This document shows, piece by piece, positions 21,218 to 35,834 of a DNA stretch of 64,000 nucleotides. The translations under genes and the position numbers were made by a program. Numbering within the stretch: position 1 is the stretch's first letter; every line of letters begins with the position of its first letter. Origin of the DNA: Monocercomonoides exilis PA203 (Eukaryota > Protista > Preaxostyla); the NCBI GenBank assembly GCA_001643675.2, contig LSRY02000040.1, forward strand, positions 1 to 64,000, in the 5' to 3' direction. Below the pieces are notes generated by a model. That model made no database searches and was not told the DNA's origin. It was given only the letters and a program-made list of their open reading frames with translations.

Positions 21218-23918
21218 ATGGCTAAAATTTCGTTCGAAGTTGTGGAAAATAACTTATGGATATCTTATTACAAAGTGGACAAGAACGGCGAACCCAGGAA
21301 AGACTGGCATAAGTATTACTTATGCCCAAACAGCAGGGATGGATTTCCATGCGGAGTTTCAGGTCGCAAAAATTATTCAACAATAGCTAATCATCATTGC
21401 TTAATACTTAACTCAAATCAAATATCTACCATGACGGAAAAACTGCAGAGAACCAAACAAAGAAAATTGTGTACGGAATGCTTTTCAGGTTCTTCGGATC
21501 AATTATCTAAATTGGAACAATTGTATGTGAAAATGATTTGCAAATCAAACATTTCTTTTCTTTCGGCATCGTCAAAAGAAACAAATGATTTCATATCTTC
21601 ATTAATTCAGATTAGTCAAAAAAAATCCATTTGTTCCGGTGTCGTCGATATTCCCAAAATTATCAAGGCGAAGAGTCTGTTTTATGGTACAGAAACAAAA
21701 AAGTCAAATGCAACTGGAAAAGCAGACAAGAATTACAAACAACGGACTTTGTATTTTGTTGGATGGAGCTACTGCGGCAAACAAGCAGTATACGGTGGTG
21801 ACTATTGCGACTCTGTCACTTCGATCATCTCCATTTTTTTGGGGTTTATATCCTTCATGTTCAACTGCGCATGAATACGAACAACTCATTTTCAGCCTGA
21901 TTGATGAATTTTCAACCTTCAAATCATTTATAAGAAGTTTCTGCTGTGACGGTTTTTCTGCTCAAAAAAAAGCCATCAAAAATATATCTATCCAACATTT
22001 AAAAAACAGTATTACTCAAAAACCGTGTTCATTGGTCGTCCCTATTTACATTTACTGCTGCAATCATCTAACAAATTTAGTTATCTCCTCTTCTATAAGA
22101 AAAGTTCCATTTCTTTCAAATCTTCTTATCAAAATTCAAGAATTCACAAAATTGGCCCATACCAGAAGAATGAAACAACTATTAGGAAAAACAATTCCTT
22201 CATTTGTGCCCACGAGATGGTTCAGCTTATATAACATATGTTCATTTATTAGGAAAAACCACAAAGTCATAAAATTCGAAAAGTTTTTAAGTGAAAAGGA
22301 TTTGTTGAGTATCATTTGTTTGGAAATTATTCTTTATCCATTATTTCGATCACATCTTCAGTTTGAAAACAATCACTCGAAACTGTGCAATGTATTTCCT
22401 TTCATTTTGCAAGCAATAGGTTTTTTCATTTGTTTATCAAAACATACTTTTTTCAATCATGGAGTTTGGCACAATGTTATTACAAACTTTTTAATTCAAT
22501 TACATAATTACTTTTTGATTGGAACAAAAGGAGAACTTATAGTGCTATCATTTGCCTTAACGCCAACAGGAATGCAAAAGTACCGTTCACAACACTTTTC
22601 TTTTGATTATTTCTAGTATTTTAATTTATTTGATATATTCAATTATGATCCAGAAACTCGACCTTCTTTTAATAAAGGACGAAGAAAGAATATTGCTTTG
22701 TCCGATTGTTCGCAAACTGCAATCACTTTATCTTCGTTGATGTCATCTTCAAACATGTGCTCGGGTTTTTATTCCTCTGGTTTTCATTCAACAACAAGGA
22801 TGTTTTCTCCATTGGACAGCGAACGGCAAGCACAAGCTTTCAGGAACCTTGACGACGAACTGTCAAACGATGTCGACAATTGTGAGGGTATGACTCAATA
22901 TTTGGCGAAAAAAACAAAAGAGGAATGTGAAAATGATCACGACAGAAAATTGGAAGATATTTTACAAATTATTGAAATCATCAAAGAAAATTTTGATTCA
23001 TCAAAATTTGAAACCTCAATAAATTCATCTTTAAGTGAAAAGGATGAATTAAGTGAGGAAACTGATGATGAATATGGACTTCTTGAAGCAGAGGATGAAG
23101 CGATTAATGACATGTTTGAAATATCTTCTTCTTCTTTCTCTTCATCATCTTCATCAATATCATCATCCTCCTCCTCCTCCTCTTCTTCTTCTTCTTCCTC
23201 CTCTTCTTCCTTTCCTTCTTCTTCTTCTTCCTCTTCCTCTTCTTCCTCTTCCTCTTCTTCTTCTTCTTCTTCTTCAGAAATTGAAGATCATCGAGAATGC
23301 ACAACTTTCATGGATGAAGAAATATCAATGGATGATAGTCTCAGCGATTGTGAAAATGACGAAAATTCAGACATTTATAAGGAAAAAATTTTTGATAATT
23401 TATCTTTCGATGAGGTGGAAATTCTATTTTCTACAAGCAAAATGTCAATGATCATAGAACAATCATACGAAAAAGAAGAAGAATCAATTAAAATGATTGA
23501 AAAAGAATTGTTGACAGATTGGTTCTCCAGGTTATTGTCTTCGTTTGCTAAATATGCAAATAAAGTTATTGGACATTACGATCCAAAAATAAAATCCGGT
23601 CGCTGCAAGTTGTTTCAACGATTTTTAAAAGGAAGCTCATCTTCAGTCATCGAAGAAGATTCGGAAATTTTTTACAATGCTTTTTCCTCATACGGAGACC
23701 TTCAAACAATATACGCTGGATTGTGCCTGACTCTAATTACATCGCCATGCAGTGAGGTTAGTTGCGAAAGAGTGATTTCGAGAATGAAGAATATTCTTGG
23801 AGATAAAAGGTGCTCCCTTAGCATTCAATCGTTAAATGCATTATTACAAGTTAGTTATTATTTATTTATTGATATGTTTTTGAATTTTTTTTATCTTTTC
23901 TTATGAATCCAGATATAA
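21218..23918 (+). mobile_element. hAT-superfamily transposase gene, disrupted (frameshift plus in-frame TAG)
   Basis: BED-like Cys/His N-terminus, LLDGAT (D), CCDG (D), CCNH (CxxH), PTRW, and C-terminal SEVSCERVISRM..KRCSL (E, hATC dimerisation). Frameshift near the A8 run at 21618-21625, in-frame TAG at 22614-22616, likely terminal intron at 23850-23912, and a poly-Ser insertion at ~23125-23275. No TIRs identified. Confidence 0.88.
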
Positions 23919-26584
23919 GACGCAATTGCATAGGAAAGGTTGCATTTTCAGAATAGAAGATAATTTATTGATATTGGATTTTAAAACGTAACAATCCTTA
24001 ATTCACAAAAAGTCTTCAATTTTTCATTATCAACAAATTTTTGCTTGTATTTTTTTTTTAACAAAAAGAAGTTTTTTTGTACATTAATACTTGTTGAAAA
24101 CTTATTTTGGAAAGATGACACTCTCAAATTCTTTTTTTCTTTGAGTGAATCATATCCCCTTTAAAACACTTCATCCATTTACAAACAAAAACATTTCATC
24201 TGTAGATTACAGATGGCTCACTTTTGATCTAAATGTTTCAAACAATTGTATTTATGCTTTTATTCCATTTTTATTATCTTCTTTATAATTTTGAGTGAAT
24301 TTTTTTCAAAGAAATAACTTTATGAAAAGCGATGATATTTTGAGCAGCACAGGTTGTGAATTGGTTGTACAGATGGATCGTCAAAGAAAAAAACAAATGA
24401 GTTCAAGAGAACTGAGGATGAGCCATGTGCGGATGAAACAAAATGAGGTGTAAGTGATTGTTATGATAAGGAAAGAAAAGAAGAAGAAGACGACGAAAAA
24501 ATAGAAGGAGAAAACGTGTTTTTCACAAACTGGTTCTTCAAAAAACGCTTATTGTTAATTGTGTCTTCAATCATTTATTTCCTTGCCTATTTCTCAACAG
24601 CGTCCTGCAGCCTCATCGAATTCAGCTTGACTCAATCATCTTTTCCCTCTGATGAACAAAGCACTGTGTGATGCCTTCTGCTCCAAGCATGTCGTAGAAA
24701 ATGTCTTCGAGTGTGTTGACGCCTTGTGACTCGAAGTGGAGGATAAACGAGAACAAGTACACAAGTTGTTTCAATGGTCGTGCTGGAACCAGCTTCGAAG
24801 AAATAGCATTTCACTGCGTGTCAAGGGAGTGTACTGCAATAGAGGAGGGTCTGAAGAAGTAACAAAATTTCTTTGCATTTTTTGTTATCTTTGTTTTTGT
24901 TCAGCTTCAGTGATGGACCATGATTTGTTGATGGAAAATGAAGAAAGTCGAAGTGCAGTGAGTGAAGAGTGTGGTAGTGATTTGTTGAGCTGAAATAAGA
25001 TTTGAAATGAATGAAGTGGAAGTAAATGAAGAGAAAGAGAAAGAAAACAATTGAAAAGAAAAAGATGAAGGGAGAGGAAGCACTGAGGAAGACTTAGTCG
25101 ATAATGGAAAAGGACTCGATGGAAAAGGCTGATCGAATGAAGAAGGAACAGACAGTGGATGAAGCTCTGAGAGTTGTGTGGAGGTAGCTGCTTATATCGA
25201 ACAGACTGAAGGAAATTGTGTGAATTCCAAGCTAACAACGTATTGAAACAATTCAGAATCAACAGTAACTTATATATTACGTAGTGGAGGCTAATTATTC
25301 TCTGCGATTAAGATGGAGATATGCGAGTTCATCTAAAAGTGTTCTGAACTGCAATGACCCACTTCACTCGCCAAAGAGCCATCACCCATCGCACCCTAAA
25401 ATAAGTTGTGTTAGCAAAAAGCTGTTTGACAACGATTCACTTTGCGCTTCTCCTTCACTTGCAAAATCGTCTTTCAGAAACAGCTTGCTCGTTTTTTTTT
25501 CATTTTCGTCTTTTCCTTCTGCACCGCCTTTTCTTCATTCATGTGGTTTATCCCTTTCTTTCTTCTTCGATTTCATTTTTGATTCATTCTGTAATTGATT
25601 TTTATGTTTGAATTTTGGCTCCATATCTTTAGCTTCACACTTCTTCATCAGTGGCTCTTCCGACTGTTCACTCTGCACTATCTCTGAGCTGATCGAATTT
25701 CTGTCTTCACAATTTAGCCTTTCTTCTTCTTCATCCCTGTCTTTATTGCAGCTTTCATCGATGTTGTCGCTCCACGGGATGTTTGGTAGAGCGGCTTGAC
25801 AGGTTGTTGCAATTGTATCAGTATCAATATGATAATTGCTGAAGATCGAATGATTTGTCAGGTGCAAAGGAGTGAATGCTGTTAAGGTGTGGATGTGATC
25901 CGATTAAAATCGTGAAAAGAAAAAAAACAATGATGATATAGAAGAAGAATGATCTTTTGAAAATGATTTTCATGAGGAAAAAGACATCGATGTTTTCGAA
26001 GAAGCAGGAAGTATATAATAGTGATCCGTTTTTTGTCGGCTTGATAATCCTGATATTTGTTTGCAGTAAAATAACGCTCTTTTCTGGAGATGAAGCAGAA
26101 GGCAGTGCAGATGCAAGGCCGGAGTGCGTCAATGGTTCAAAGGATATAGTGCCTTCATTCTCTTGTGAGAGGAAGAGTGAAGGCGACAGAGAAAACAGGG
26201 AATGGGCAAACGGGCCATGGAGCGTTCTGAAGATCTAATATAAATCTTCATCGCTTTCCCTTGTACTGTTGTAACTGATGATCATCATCAGCTTCTGCAA
26301 ATTTTTCAGATGCCGTTTCTCGAACCATTCTTTTTCTTCTCTTTCTTCGAACTTCTTCTCGTTGTTGTTTAGTCGGAAACACTCATGTGGAAGAAGCTTC
26401 AACATTGAAGATGTAAAAAGCTAAAGCAGAAGAAGAAGAAGAAGAAGAAGAAGAGGGAAAAAAAGAAGAATTGTATGATCGTTTAATGAAACGGAGAAGA
26501 AAGAGATTGAGAATAGAAGAAGAAGAAGAACATGAGGAGGAAGAGGAGGAAGAAGAATTTGAGGAGGAAGACGAAGACGAATAA

Positions 26585-26708
26585 GAGGAAGAGGAAGAGG
26601 AAGAGGAAGAGGAAGAGGAAGAGGAAGTGGAAGAGGAAGAGGAAGAGGAAGAGGAAGAGGAAGAGGAAGAGGAAGAGGAAGAGGAAGAGGAAGAGGAAGA
26701 GGAAGAGG
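26585..26708 (+). repeat. (GAGGAA)n microsatellite
   Basis: Direct inspection. Confidence 0.95.
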
Positions 26709-28036
26709 AGGAAGAAGAAAAGAAAGAGTTCAGAATGGGTGGAAGTTCTTATTTCTTTGAGGGTTTCAAGAGTTGCCTGTAATAGGCGAAATGAATGAAT
26801 GGTTCATACAATTCTGAGATGATCCTCATTCGCCTGTTGGATGAGCAAGAAGAGAAATTGAAGGGAGGTAAGGAGATAATGGTGGCTATGCGTGCGTTGG
26901 AGCGAAAATGCTGTGGAAAAGATGACAGAATGGATGCTGAGGAAGAATAGGAGAGAAAGAAGAAAAGGAGGAGAAAGAAAAATAGAAGGAAGAATAATTG
27001 AAAGTTGATAAGCGAAAGAAGGTTGTTCGCATTTTTGTTTTTTTCACAAATGACGGTTCATTGTTTATACCAAAAAGAAAGAAATAAGAAGTTCGACTTG
27101 TGATGAATATTTCGTTTTTGTGTTGAATCAAAAAAATCATAAACTTTTTGAAGATAAAATTTATGGGCTTTTCTTTTTCCATTTTTTCTTTTTTTTTCCC
27201 AACAATATGGTATTATTTATTGGTATGAAAATTAGATCCGATAACATGACTATTCTATCAGTTTTTAAAAAATGTGTTGGTGTATTTTGCTTTGTTTCTT
27301 TACTCTTCATTAATTACATAATATCACATTAATTTATATTATAAAGGAAAATTTATTTTCAACTTAACAAAATGTCTGCATTTTCACAATGAAAAATCAT
27401 AGGATTAATGAGTTTTAATGAAGATTCAATGAAGTTTTTAGTTCCATATAAAAAAACAAACATTTTTGGTTGATTCTTAAGTTTTAAAGTTTGAAGGCAT
27501 TTTATGTTTTTCTTTGACATTAATCTCTTCATAAAATTTTGCCTTTTCAAAGCTAATAAAAACAACAAACAAAAAGTTTAAAATAAATTGATTTTGAAAC
27601 GCGAATTGAAATGTAATAATATGTTCTTTTTCAAATAGAATAAGTTCAAATCGAATTCGTATAAAAATAAAAATGGATTTCATTTAACCAACGAAAAAAA
27701 TTGAGAATAACATTTCTTATAAATTCAAAGGAGAAAAACAGATTTAAAAAGTTTGAGCAATCGGTGATAACAAAGAATGTGAAAATGCAAACATTAAAAC
27801 AATTTATTAAGACATTTTAATTTAAGAAAATGTGAAAAAGTCTATTTTTTCTCTTAACTCAAAAAAGATATTATAATGGGTTTTTCGGCAATATATATAT
27901 AAAATTTTATTAAATTTTAATTACTGAAAATTTCAAATTTTTTCCTAATTGAAATATTTTTGGTATTATTAAATACAATGATAAAAAATTTTATTTTTTC
28001 AAATTAATTTTTTTCTTTGACAAGAGTAATTCAATT

Positions 28037-28326
28037 TGACGGACGTGACGAGGGATTTTTTCACTTGTAACACAGGCTTAGTTCAAGCTTTCCCTGTCTC
28101 TGTGAGAGAACATGGTCTACTCCACAGAGAGCGCAGGGCTTGTGGCTGATGAGGAGTTAGAGAGTACCTGAAAAGGTCAGGGGTTCATGGTCCATAGAGA
28201 CATTCATGCCCACATAGCTCCGACTGAATCAGTCACTGAGCCCGCCATGCTCGATAGTGAGAGAAATACCAGTAATCTGGAACCAATTCAAAGAGAGGTT
28301 GTCTTAAGGTAACATAGCAGTCAAAC
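28037..28326. ncRNA. Candidate structured non-coding RNA, family unidentified
   Basis: GC-balanced island with no listed ORF, set in very AT-rich flanks. Nested stem CAAG..CCCTG-TCTCTGTG / CACAGAGA..CAGGG-CTTG at 28084-28142. Confidence 0.35.
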
Positions 28327-31282
28327 AAATTAATGACGCTGTCATTCATTCATACAAATAATTCAATTAAATTATTTCGAATTTTTATTTTATAACTAAA
28401 AAAAATTAAATTTTTTATATTTCATGGTTAGTCTTCCAATATTTCAAACATATCTATTCATTCTTCTGAAATTCTTCATCAATCATTAAAAATATGATCC
28501 CACAATTTTTGTTTTCAAATATTCAAATTTTGAATATTGAATAATTTTTGAATTTTTTAAATTCTTCAAAACTTCTATTTTTTTTCACCACCTTATTTTT
28601 TCTCCTCTGATTGCAGCATTCAATGAAACTTCTATTTTTTCTTGAAAATATAAACTAAGTTTGAAAAAACTTTTCAAAAAAAATAGAAGAATAATCAGAA
28701 ATGTTTCATGCAGATAACGATTCTTTCTCCAACAGCAATAACACCAATTATTAAACCGAAGAAGTTAAAAAAGAATTAATTCAAAACAAGTTTGAAAAGA
28801 AAATTTTTGAAAAGCTACAGCATTTAATAATAAAAGAAAGAATTTATTAGCAATTAGAAATAACAATTAAAGAAAAGGAAGCTCTCATTCATACACTGGA
28901 ACAAACAAGGAACTGGGTGATTATTTTTGAAATCAAATATTTTTTTGGCGTGTTGATTTTTCATTAATTGTTAGTTTTTTGAAAGATAATTTTTGTTCAA
29001 AAGAGAAGAAGCATGATAATAGTTTTTATTTGCAAATGTTTGAGTTAAACAAAAGATAAAAATGTTTTGAATAAGTCATTACACTCTTCAGTGTTCTTTT
29101 ATTATTATTATTGAGATAATCTTGAACCGAAAATTTTGTCTGAAAGAAATATGATTTCAAAAATAATCACCCAACTTTTCTCATTTATTTTTCAATTGAT
29201 TCTTTATTATTTTGCATTTCTCATTATCAGGTTTTTTCTATTTCATATTTTTCGTGAAAAAATCAACTTTGATTAAAATTTAAATTATTTTTGGATCAAA
29301 ACAAATTAATGAAAAAGTTAAACTTTGATTAATTATTGACGAAAGATCATTATTAAAATCAATCATAATTCTTTGAAGAATAAAAATTCTTTTATAATAT
29401 CAAAAGAAAAGAAAGAAAAACTTTTAAACATATTTTGAAATACATATAAAAATAAGTGTCTTTCTTTTTTGCAAAAAATGATAAAAATGACAAAAAAATG
29501 GAATTTAAAAATTACTGATTTTCCCTTCATTCGAATGTCAATATAAAACCAAAAATACAACGAAAAAAACTGGATTTGTTGGACTCAAATTGTCATTTAA
29601 TTCTTCTTTCTTATTTTTTTGGAATTCAAGAATATATGTTTAAATTATCTGTAAAAAAAAATTTGTTGAATGATTTTCTTTTTGTTGATTTATCAAGAAT
29701 TATTTTCGCAAAGAACAGAAGCGCTTTATTCTCTCTTTTGAAGCGGCAGCAATTGCGGCGGAAGAAAAACGGATGATGCAGGAAGAAACACAGTAGCCTG
29801 AAGATTGTTTAGAAGATGAAACACCAACGAAAAGAAAGAATTTAAGTACTTTTTATTTATTTTTTTATAAAAGAATTTTAATTATAAATGATTTATAAAT
29901 ATTTTTTAGATAATTCAACTCAGCCAACTCTAATTGTAGATGAAGAAAGCGATTGTGACGTCATGTTAATTGAAAATGAAATTGAAAATGAAAAAGGGAA
30001 GGAAGATGAATTACACAATTTTGGTGCAAAGAAAATAGTTATTCCCAATTTTGAAAAAGAAAGAAAAAACAGAAAAGTTCAATTGATTGTTCCTCTTACC
30101 ACGGAACTATTGGAAAATGCAAAAGTTATGAACAATAATGAAAAAGAAATTGAAGATGAACATGTTCAGTTTTTATCAAGAATTGCATTGAAAATGACAG
30201 AAAAAGAAAAGAAACTCAGTGGAAAGAAGAAAGAGTTGACGTGAAAGAGCGGCGGAGAGAGTTCTTTGAAAAAGCGGAATAGAAATGTTCCCAAAATGGA
30301 TAGTGAGACGATTCAATTTTGAAGAAGAGAAAAATAATTGTGATAAAGGTTTGATAGATATTCTTTTATCATTATTTATTTCTTTTATTTCGATTCAAGA
30401 TATCTATTTCTTCATGACAAAGCAATTTCATGCACAAAATGATTAACATCAATTCTCGTTTTTAATTACAAAAATTTAACCAATTTCTTGAGAAATTAAT
30501 AATTCAAACAAATTTCACTCGAAAATTCGAGTTTCGCTATTTCCTTTTATGAAACAACAATAAATCAAAAATTGATAATTAAACGATGTTTTATCAAGCG
30601 TTAGTTAGTTGTTAAAAAAATTTGTTGAGGAATAAAAACATTTTTTAAAATTAATAATCTATTTTAAACAAAAACTCAAATTGTTTTTTAAGAATATCTT
30701 TAACTTTTGCATGACGATTACAAAAATATTTTTTAAAATGCATACTTATTAATTTCATTCATTTTGGTGTATTAAAAACATTAACATAAAAAATACCAAA
30801 AATATTATGCCCCATAACCACTTCATATCAATTTAAACTTTGATCAAAAAACCATAAATAAACAGAATAGCAAATCAACAAATTATTGCTCAAACAAGAA
30901 ATTAAACTTCATTTTGCGCTTATAAAGGGTTGTTTTTGAATAAAATTCCATTTCGTAAATTTTCTTCCATTATCTTTCCTTTGAAATAGAATTTAAAAGA
31001 TATTTTGTTAATTGTTCTTCAAAGAATAAGACAAAGAATGATAAGCTTTGTAGAAGTTTGAAAATAAGAAAATGAGGTCTCCAAGTATTTCTTCCTTTTG
31101 TTATTTGCTTTTCTTTGAATCACAAAACAGGCAAATAGAAAAGAAGTTGTTTAATTCTCATTGAACTGCAAACTTTCATGCAAACTCCTTATGAAAACTT
31201 CTTCGCATTGTATTTCCTTCTTTGTTCTTCTTCATTTGTACTTATTACCATGGCTATTTATAAGTCAGCTAATGAAGTTGTC

Positions 31283-31742
31283 GAAGAAGAAGAAGAGGAA
31301 GAAGAAGGATAAGAAGATGAAGAAGAAGAAGAAGAAGAAGAAGAAGAAGAAGAAGAAGAAGAAGAAGAAGAAGAAAGAAAGAAAGAAAGAAAGAAAGAAG
31401 GAAGGAAGGAAGGAAGGAAGGAAGGAAGGAAGGAAGGAAGGAAGGAAGGAAGGAAGGAAGGAAGGAAGGAAAGAAGGAAGGAAGGAAGGAAGGAAAGAAA
31501 GAAAGAAAGAAAGAAAGAAAGAGAAAGAGAAAGAAACGAAAAAAGCAAAAACATCATCTTCTTCTTCTTTCTTCTCTTCCTTCTCCTCCTTCTTCCTCTC
31601 CTCCTCCTTCTCCTCCTCCTCCTCTTCCTCTTCCTTCTTCTTCTTCTTCTTCTCTTCCTTTTCTCTCTCTTCCTCCTCCTCCTCCTCCTCCTCCTTCTCC
31701 TCCTCCTCCTTCTTCTTCTTCTTCTTCCCCTTCTTCCCCTTC
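31283..31742. repeat. Compound microsatellite: (GAA)n/(GAAG)n purine tract followed by (TCC/TTC)n pyrimidine tract
   Basis: Direct inspection. Confidence 0.95.
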
Positions 31743-31990
31743 GCATCTACAAGCAGACTCAGCTGAATGCAGCAGTATCTCCATTCTGTTAATGCTTATT
31801 CTCTCCATCCAGCTGCTGTTCAGCATTGTTCTGAGCGATTCAACAATTTTGATGGAAAGAAATAAGAAAGACACATTTAACGGCAGATGCTGTCAAAAAA
31901 AAAACACAGGCCAACAAATGCGATGAGAGTGAATGTCTTCGCAAGTTCCTGCAAGTTGCTGAGTCTGAATAGATAAGGATCTGCAAGACG
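31740..31990 (-). pseudogene. Frameshifted fragment of a repeated hypothetical family, paralogous to 53175-53477
   Basis: LQELAKTFTLIAFVGLCF..SIKIVESLRTMLN..MEILLHSAESACRCE aligns with LQSLAETLTLIVLVGLCF..SIRIIESLRALLN..MEMLLQSVESADRCE. Confidence 0.7.
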
Positions 31991-32710
31991 AATCCGTTTT
32001 TGAGTGAAATGTATTTTTAAAATTTGCAAAATTAACCAACAAATTATTAAAGAAAAGAATACTAAGAAAAAGAAAAAAGGCATTTATAAATGAGGCAATA
32101 CCATTTTTCAAAAAAATTAAGATTTTCTTTTCACCCTTCTGATTGAAGCAGTCTGTCTTTTATCATTACTTCCCAACCATTTATTTTTTATTAGCAAAAG
32201 TCAAAAGAACAGTGATGAAACACTAAAAGAGAAAGGAAAAAATTAGAAATTATCATTGCAAAAAATGTTTCACTTACCTTTATTTTTGATGATCTCTTTC
32301 TTTCTTTCTTTTTCTTTTGTTAATTTTTCAAAAAAACAAAAAAATAAATTAATAAATAAATAAATAAATATTTTTGCCATTTTGAGAAGTGTATTAAAAA
32401 GACAGTTTTTGAGTTACAAAATAAATAAAAATCACATTTTCTCAAACATTTACAAAGTTGTGTCGAATAATAAATGATGAAAAAAAAAGAAAGAAAAGAA
32501 ATAAAAAATAAAGAAATTTTTGAGATACAAATAGAATGGCATTCCATTTCCTCAAACATTTACAGAACAATCTGAAAAAATATTAGATAATCTATAAAAA
32601 AAAAATACCGCTTTTATTAAGAAAACATATCCAAAGTTTTGAAAAATCATTAACCGATGAAAAAAAAATATTTCATTTTTGAATTACAAAATATGAAACG
32701 CGCCATTTCC

Positions 32711-34075
32711 TCAGACATTCGTAAAATAATCAGAAATATTCAACGTCAATTCTTGATTATATTTTCTGTGAAGAAAATCTATTGTTTCAAAAATGCTTGC
32801 GATGGTATCTTCGAATCCTTCTTCTTCCATCTTTTCAAATACCTTCCTTTTCGTTGCCTTTCTTTCCTCTTCTTCCCTTTCATCCCTCTTCTTTTCTTCT
32901 AATCGCATTGAAACAGTCGAAAAGAATTGCAAGCAATCAAATAGTGTTTCGTCATTCAACTTCGGTCGCTGCATCCCCTCCAAAACAGCATCAATAGCAC
33001 CACTTTTCAACAAATCTTCAACTTTCACATCTCTCTTTTCTGTCGCATTTCTCAAGGGATAAATGCACCGATTGCTAATTTCTTCATTATTCCCTTTTGC
33101 TGCTCTAGACACCTGAACAACTCCTCCAACAAGTCCAGCAAATTCTTCTTTCCACAATGCGTTTAAGTTCAAGAAATTAAAAATTTCATTGAACCATCTC
33201 ATCAACACAAGCTCTTCTTTCGTTTCTTTTTCCATTTCCTCTTCTTTCTCTTTCTTCCAATCCACACATTTCGCAAACTCTTCCAGTTCTTTTCCCACCT
33301 CTCTGGCAAAATGCAGTTCACTCACAATCTCTCCATCCAAGCTATTGTCAACAAAAAATCGGTCTGTTAAGAACTGCCAAGCAGATTGATAGGCAAGTCG
33401 TGTCAGATTTCTGTGTTCTTGATGATATTCGATGATTTCTATGATATCATTCAGATAAAGTTCTTGTTCGACAAACTTCTATAAAAATAAAGAATAAAAT
33501 TGATTGCTTCAAAAAGGAAATTGTATTTCACACACATTCTCCCTAATGCTGCTCAATGCTAACAAAGCCATTTCCGCTTCTTTCTGGACTTCTTTGCTCT
33601 CCTCTTTCCTCAATGCAGCTTTCAGAAGGCAAGGCACAATGATTGAATCCATTTCAGATGAAGGCCATCTGTTCAACAACAAATAGCATTCACAGAGATC
33701 AATTAAATGCTTTTCATCTTTTTTCTTCTTATTTTCATCAATTATCATCTCTTTCATTCTTTTGCTCAATAATGAATAATCAAAAGATCCTAAGTCAATC
33801 ATTTTCAGCTCTTTGCAATATCCAATGTGCTTCAACAACAAAATTGCATTTTCCATCGAAAGTTTCTTTTCTTCAATCATTTTTTGTATTTCGTTGAACA
33901 GTTCCATTGTAAAAACAGATCCGAATTCTTTATAATTCATTTCATTAATGATTTCATTCATTTCTTCAATTTTCTGTTTCTGTTCTGCTTCAGTGAATTG
34001 TTCCAACTGTGAAAGTTTCTCTAAAAAAATCGAAAAATCAAAAGAGAAAAAAGAAGTATTTATTTTTTGAACCAA
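32711..34075 (-). CDS. Hypothetical helical (ARM-like) protein of an expanded lineage-specific family; intron at ~33480-33530, 5' end uncertain
   Basis: Two ORFs joined by an intron. Motifs EQKQKIEEMNE, LLLKHIGYCK, EMALLALS, LAYQSAWQFL and ISDYFTNV* are shared with the 55004-56426 copy. Confidence 0.8.
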
Positions 34076-35803
34076 CTATTTCATATTAAACGTTGCAAAC
34101 CAAAAAATATTTGCATTTTTGAAGGTGACTGTGAAATCGCAAAATAAATTCAAAACAACATATAAATTCGTTTTCGAAATATTCGTTGAATATTCGAATT
34201 AAAAGAATTTAAAACACAAAATCAAAATTTTTTAAATAATACAGGATTCGAAACCTCTTTTGGCATCACTAATTTTTGCCTCAAAACAAGAAAATCTTCG
34301 AATAAAATTATCTTCTTTCTTGGAAAGTGAATAAGGGTGTGCAACCTTTAATTATATAAGAGAAGAATTTTTATTGGTGATTTGCTACTGTCAGAGCATG
34401 TTTGAGTGCTTAGACCTACGGCCACAGATATACCCATGCGAGCTATAGCACTGCAGAAGAGCATGGATTTTGCTAACAGATTGAGGAGCGAATGGCTGTT
34501 TGCATCGATTGCTTGCAAAAAGTGAATTGGTGGAGAAAACCAGCATGAAATTTGAACTTTGCAATATATTGCAAAATATATGAGGTAACATCGACTGTGA
34601 TATTTTGAATGAAAAATAATTCAAGCAAGATGCAAAAAAAAGCGATAAGAATATCCTAAAGATTGAATTGCATAGCTTGTTCATTTTGAGGGAACCGCAG
34701 TGCACTTGGTATAACTATTGTGCAAGATTTATTTTTTTGAAGAGGAAAGGGAATTGGGGAATTGGACAATGGGGGAAGCGAACAGAACGAAGCACTCAGC
34801 AGACCTTATCAACAATTTCTTTTGCATTTTGAACGAATCCTGCAAGAAATCTATCAGCAAAGACTTGGCGTTGAATCGGGTTTTGAAAAGGAGTTTATTT
34901 GGAGGATAACTGTTTTCATCTGATATCATTACCAACTTCACAATTGACTCTCTGCTTTCGATGATGTTCTGCATCAGCCATTTATTGTCCAGTTGTCTGC
35001 TTTTTTATGTGACAAGAGGCAATTTTGAAGAACAAGGAAGACAGCTGGATTGATAATTACCAATCCATTGGAGATGGGAAAATAGTTCAAAATCAAAAAG
35101 ATGGTTTGATTTTTTTTTATTTTATTCAATTTTCTTTAAAGATGTTTTTTTGAATAAATACAGATTGGTTACGAATGGGAGTGCCATTGAATGAAGCCAT
35201 TTTATCCTTTTTCAAAAGATTCAGAAGTATTGAGATTATCCTGTTTGGATGGCATTCAACGATGACATTCGTTTCTTACCATCTGTTTTGCATGCTGCAT
35301 AGCCTGACAATGCTTGACATGAACTTGAAAGAGAGAAAAAGCAGTTTGTTCGGCTCGTTTGTTGAGGGTATTTTGCAGAAGCAACTCGTTTGTTGGAGCT
35401 GATGAGCTGGCTTTGCATTTTCATTCAGAAAGCATCCAACTTTTTTGTGAGTTGTCATAACACTTTGTTATTTCAGAAAACTGTTTGATAGAAACAGCTA
35501 TTTTATTGATTTTATGGCAAGACTCACATTTCGGGTGAAATGTGAAGAATTGGATGAAATGCGAAAGGAATTATGAAATTTTAAAACAGAAGTAAAAATT
35601 GAAATACTTCCAAAAAGAGAAGAGAAAATAAGAGAAGATGCAACGCTGAACAAGAAATCAGGAAAAGTGGTAGTTAACAAGAAAAGTTGCTTTGAGGGGA
35701 AATGGAGGAAAGAATAACAAAAAGAGAAGATAGAGCGAGAACCTAACAATTCTGGAGAGAGAGAGAGAGAGAGAGAGAATCATTCCATTGGAGAAAGAAA
35801 GAG

Positions 35804-35834
<31 letters not shown>

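Noticed and set aside
11880-22616. TAR=Gln genetic code (as in some oxymonads), suggested by in-frame TAGs in YR2 and hAT
   Set aside because: Frames of 800 to over 1600 codons contain many CAA/CAG Gln and no TAR, and Merlin also has an in-frame TGA. Isolated nonsense mutations or errors explain the data.
28146-28220. Canonical hammerhead ribozyme, RNase P or U1 assignment
   Set aside because: Extra U before GAAA, no proper stem III or NUH, RNase P P4 strands do not pair, and the U1-like 5' end is imperfect.
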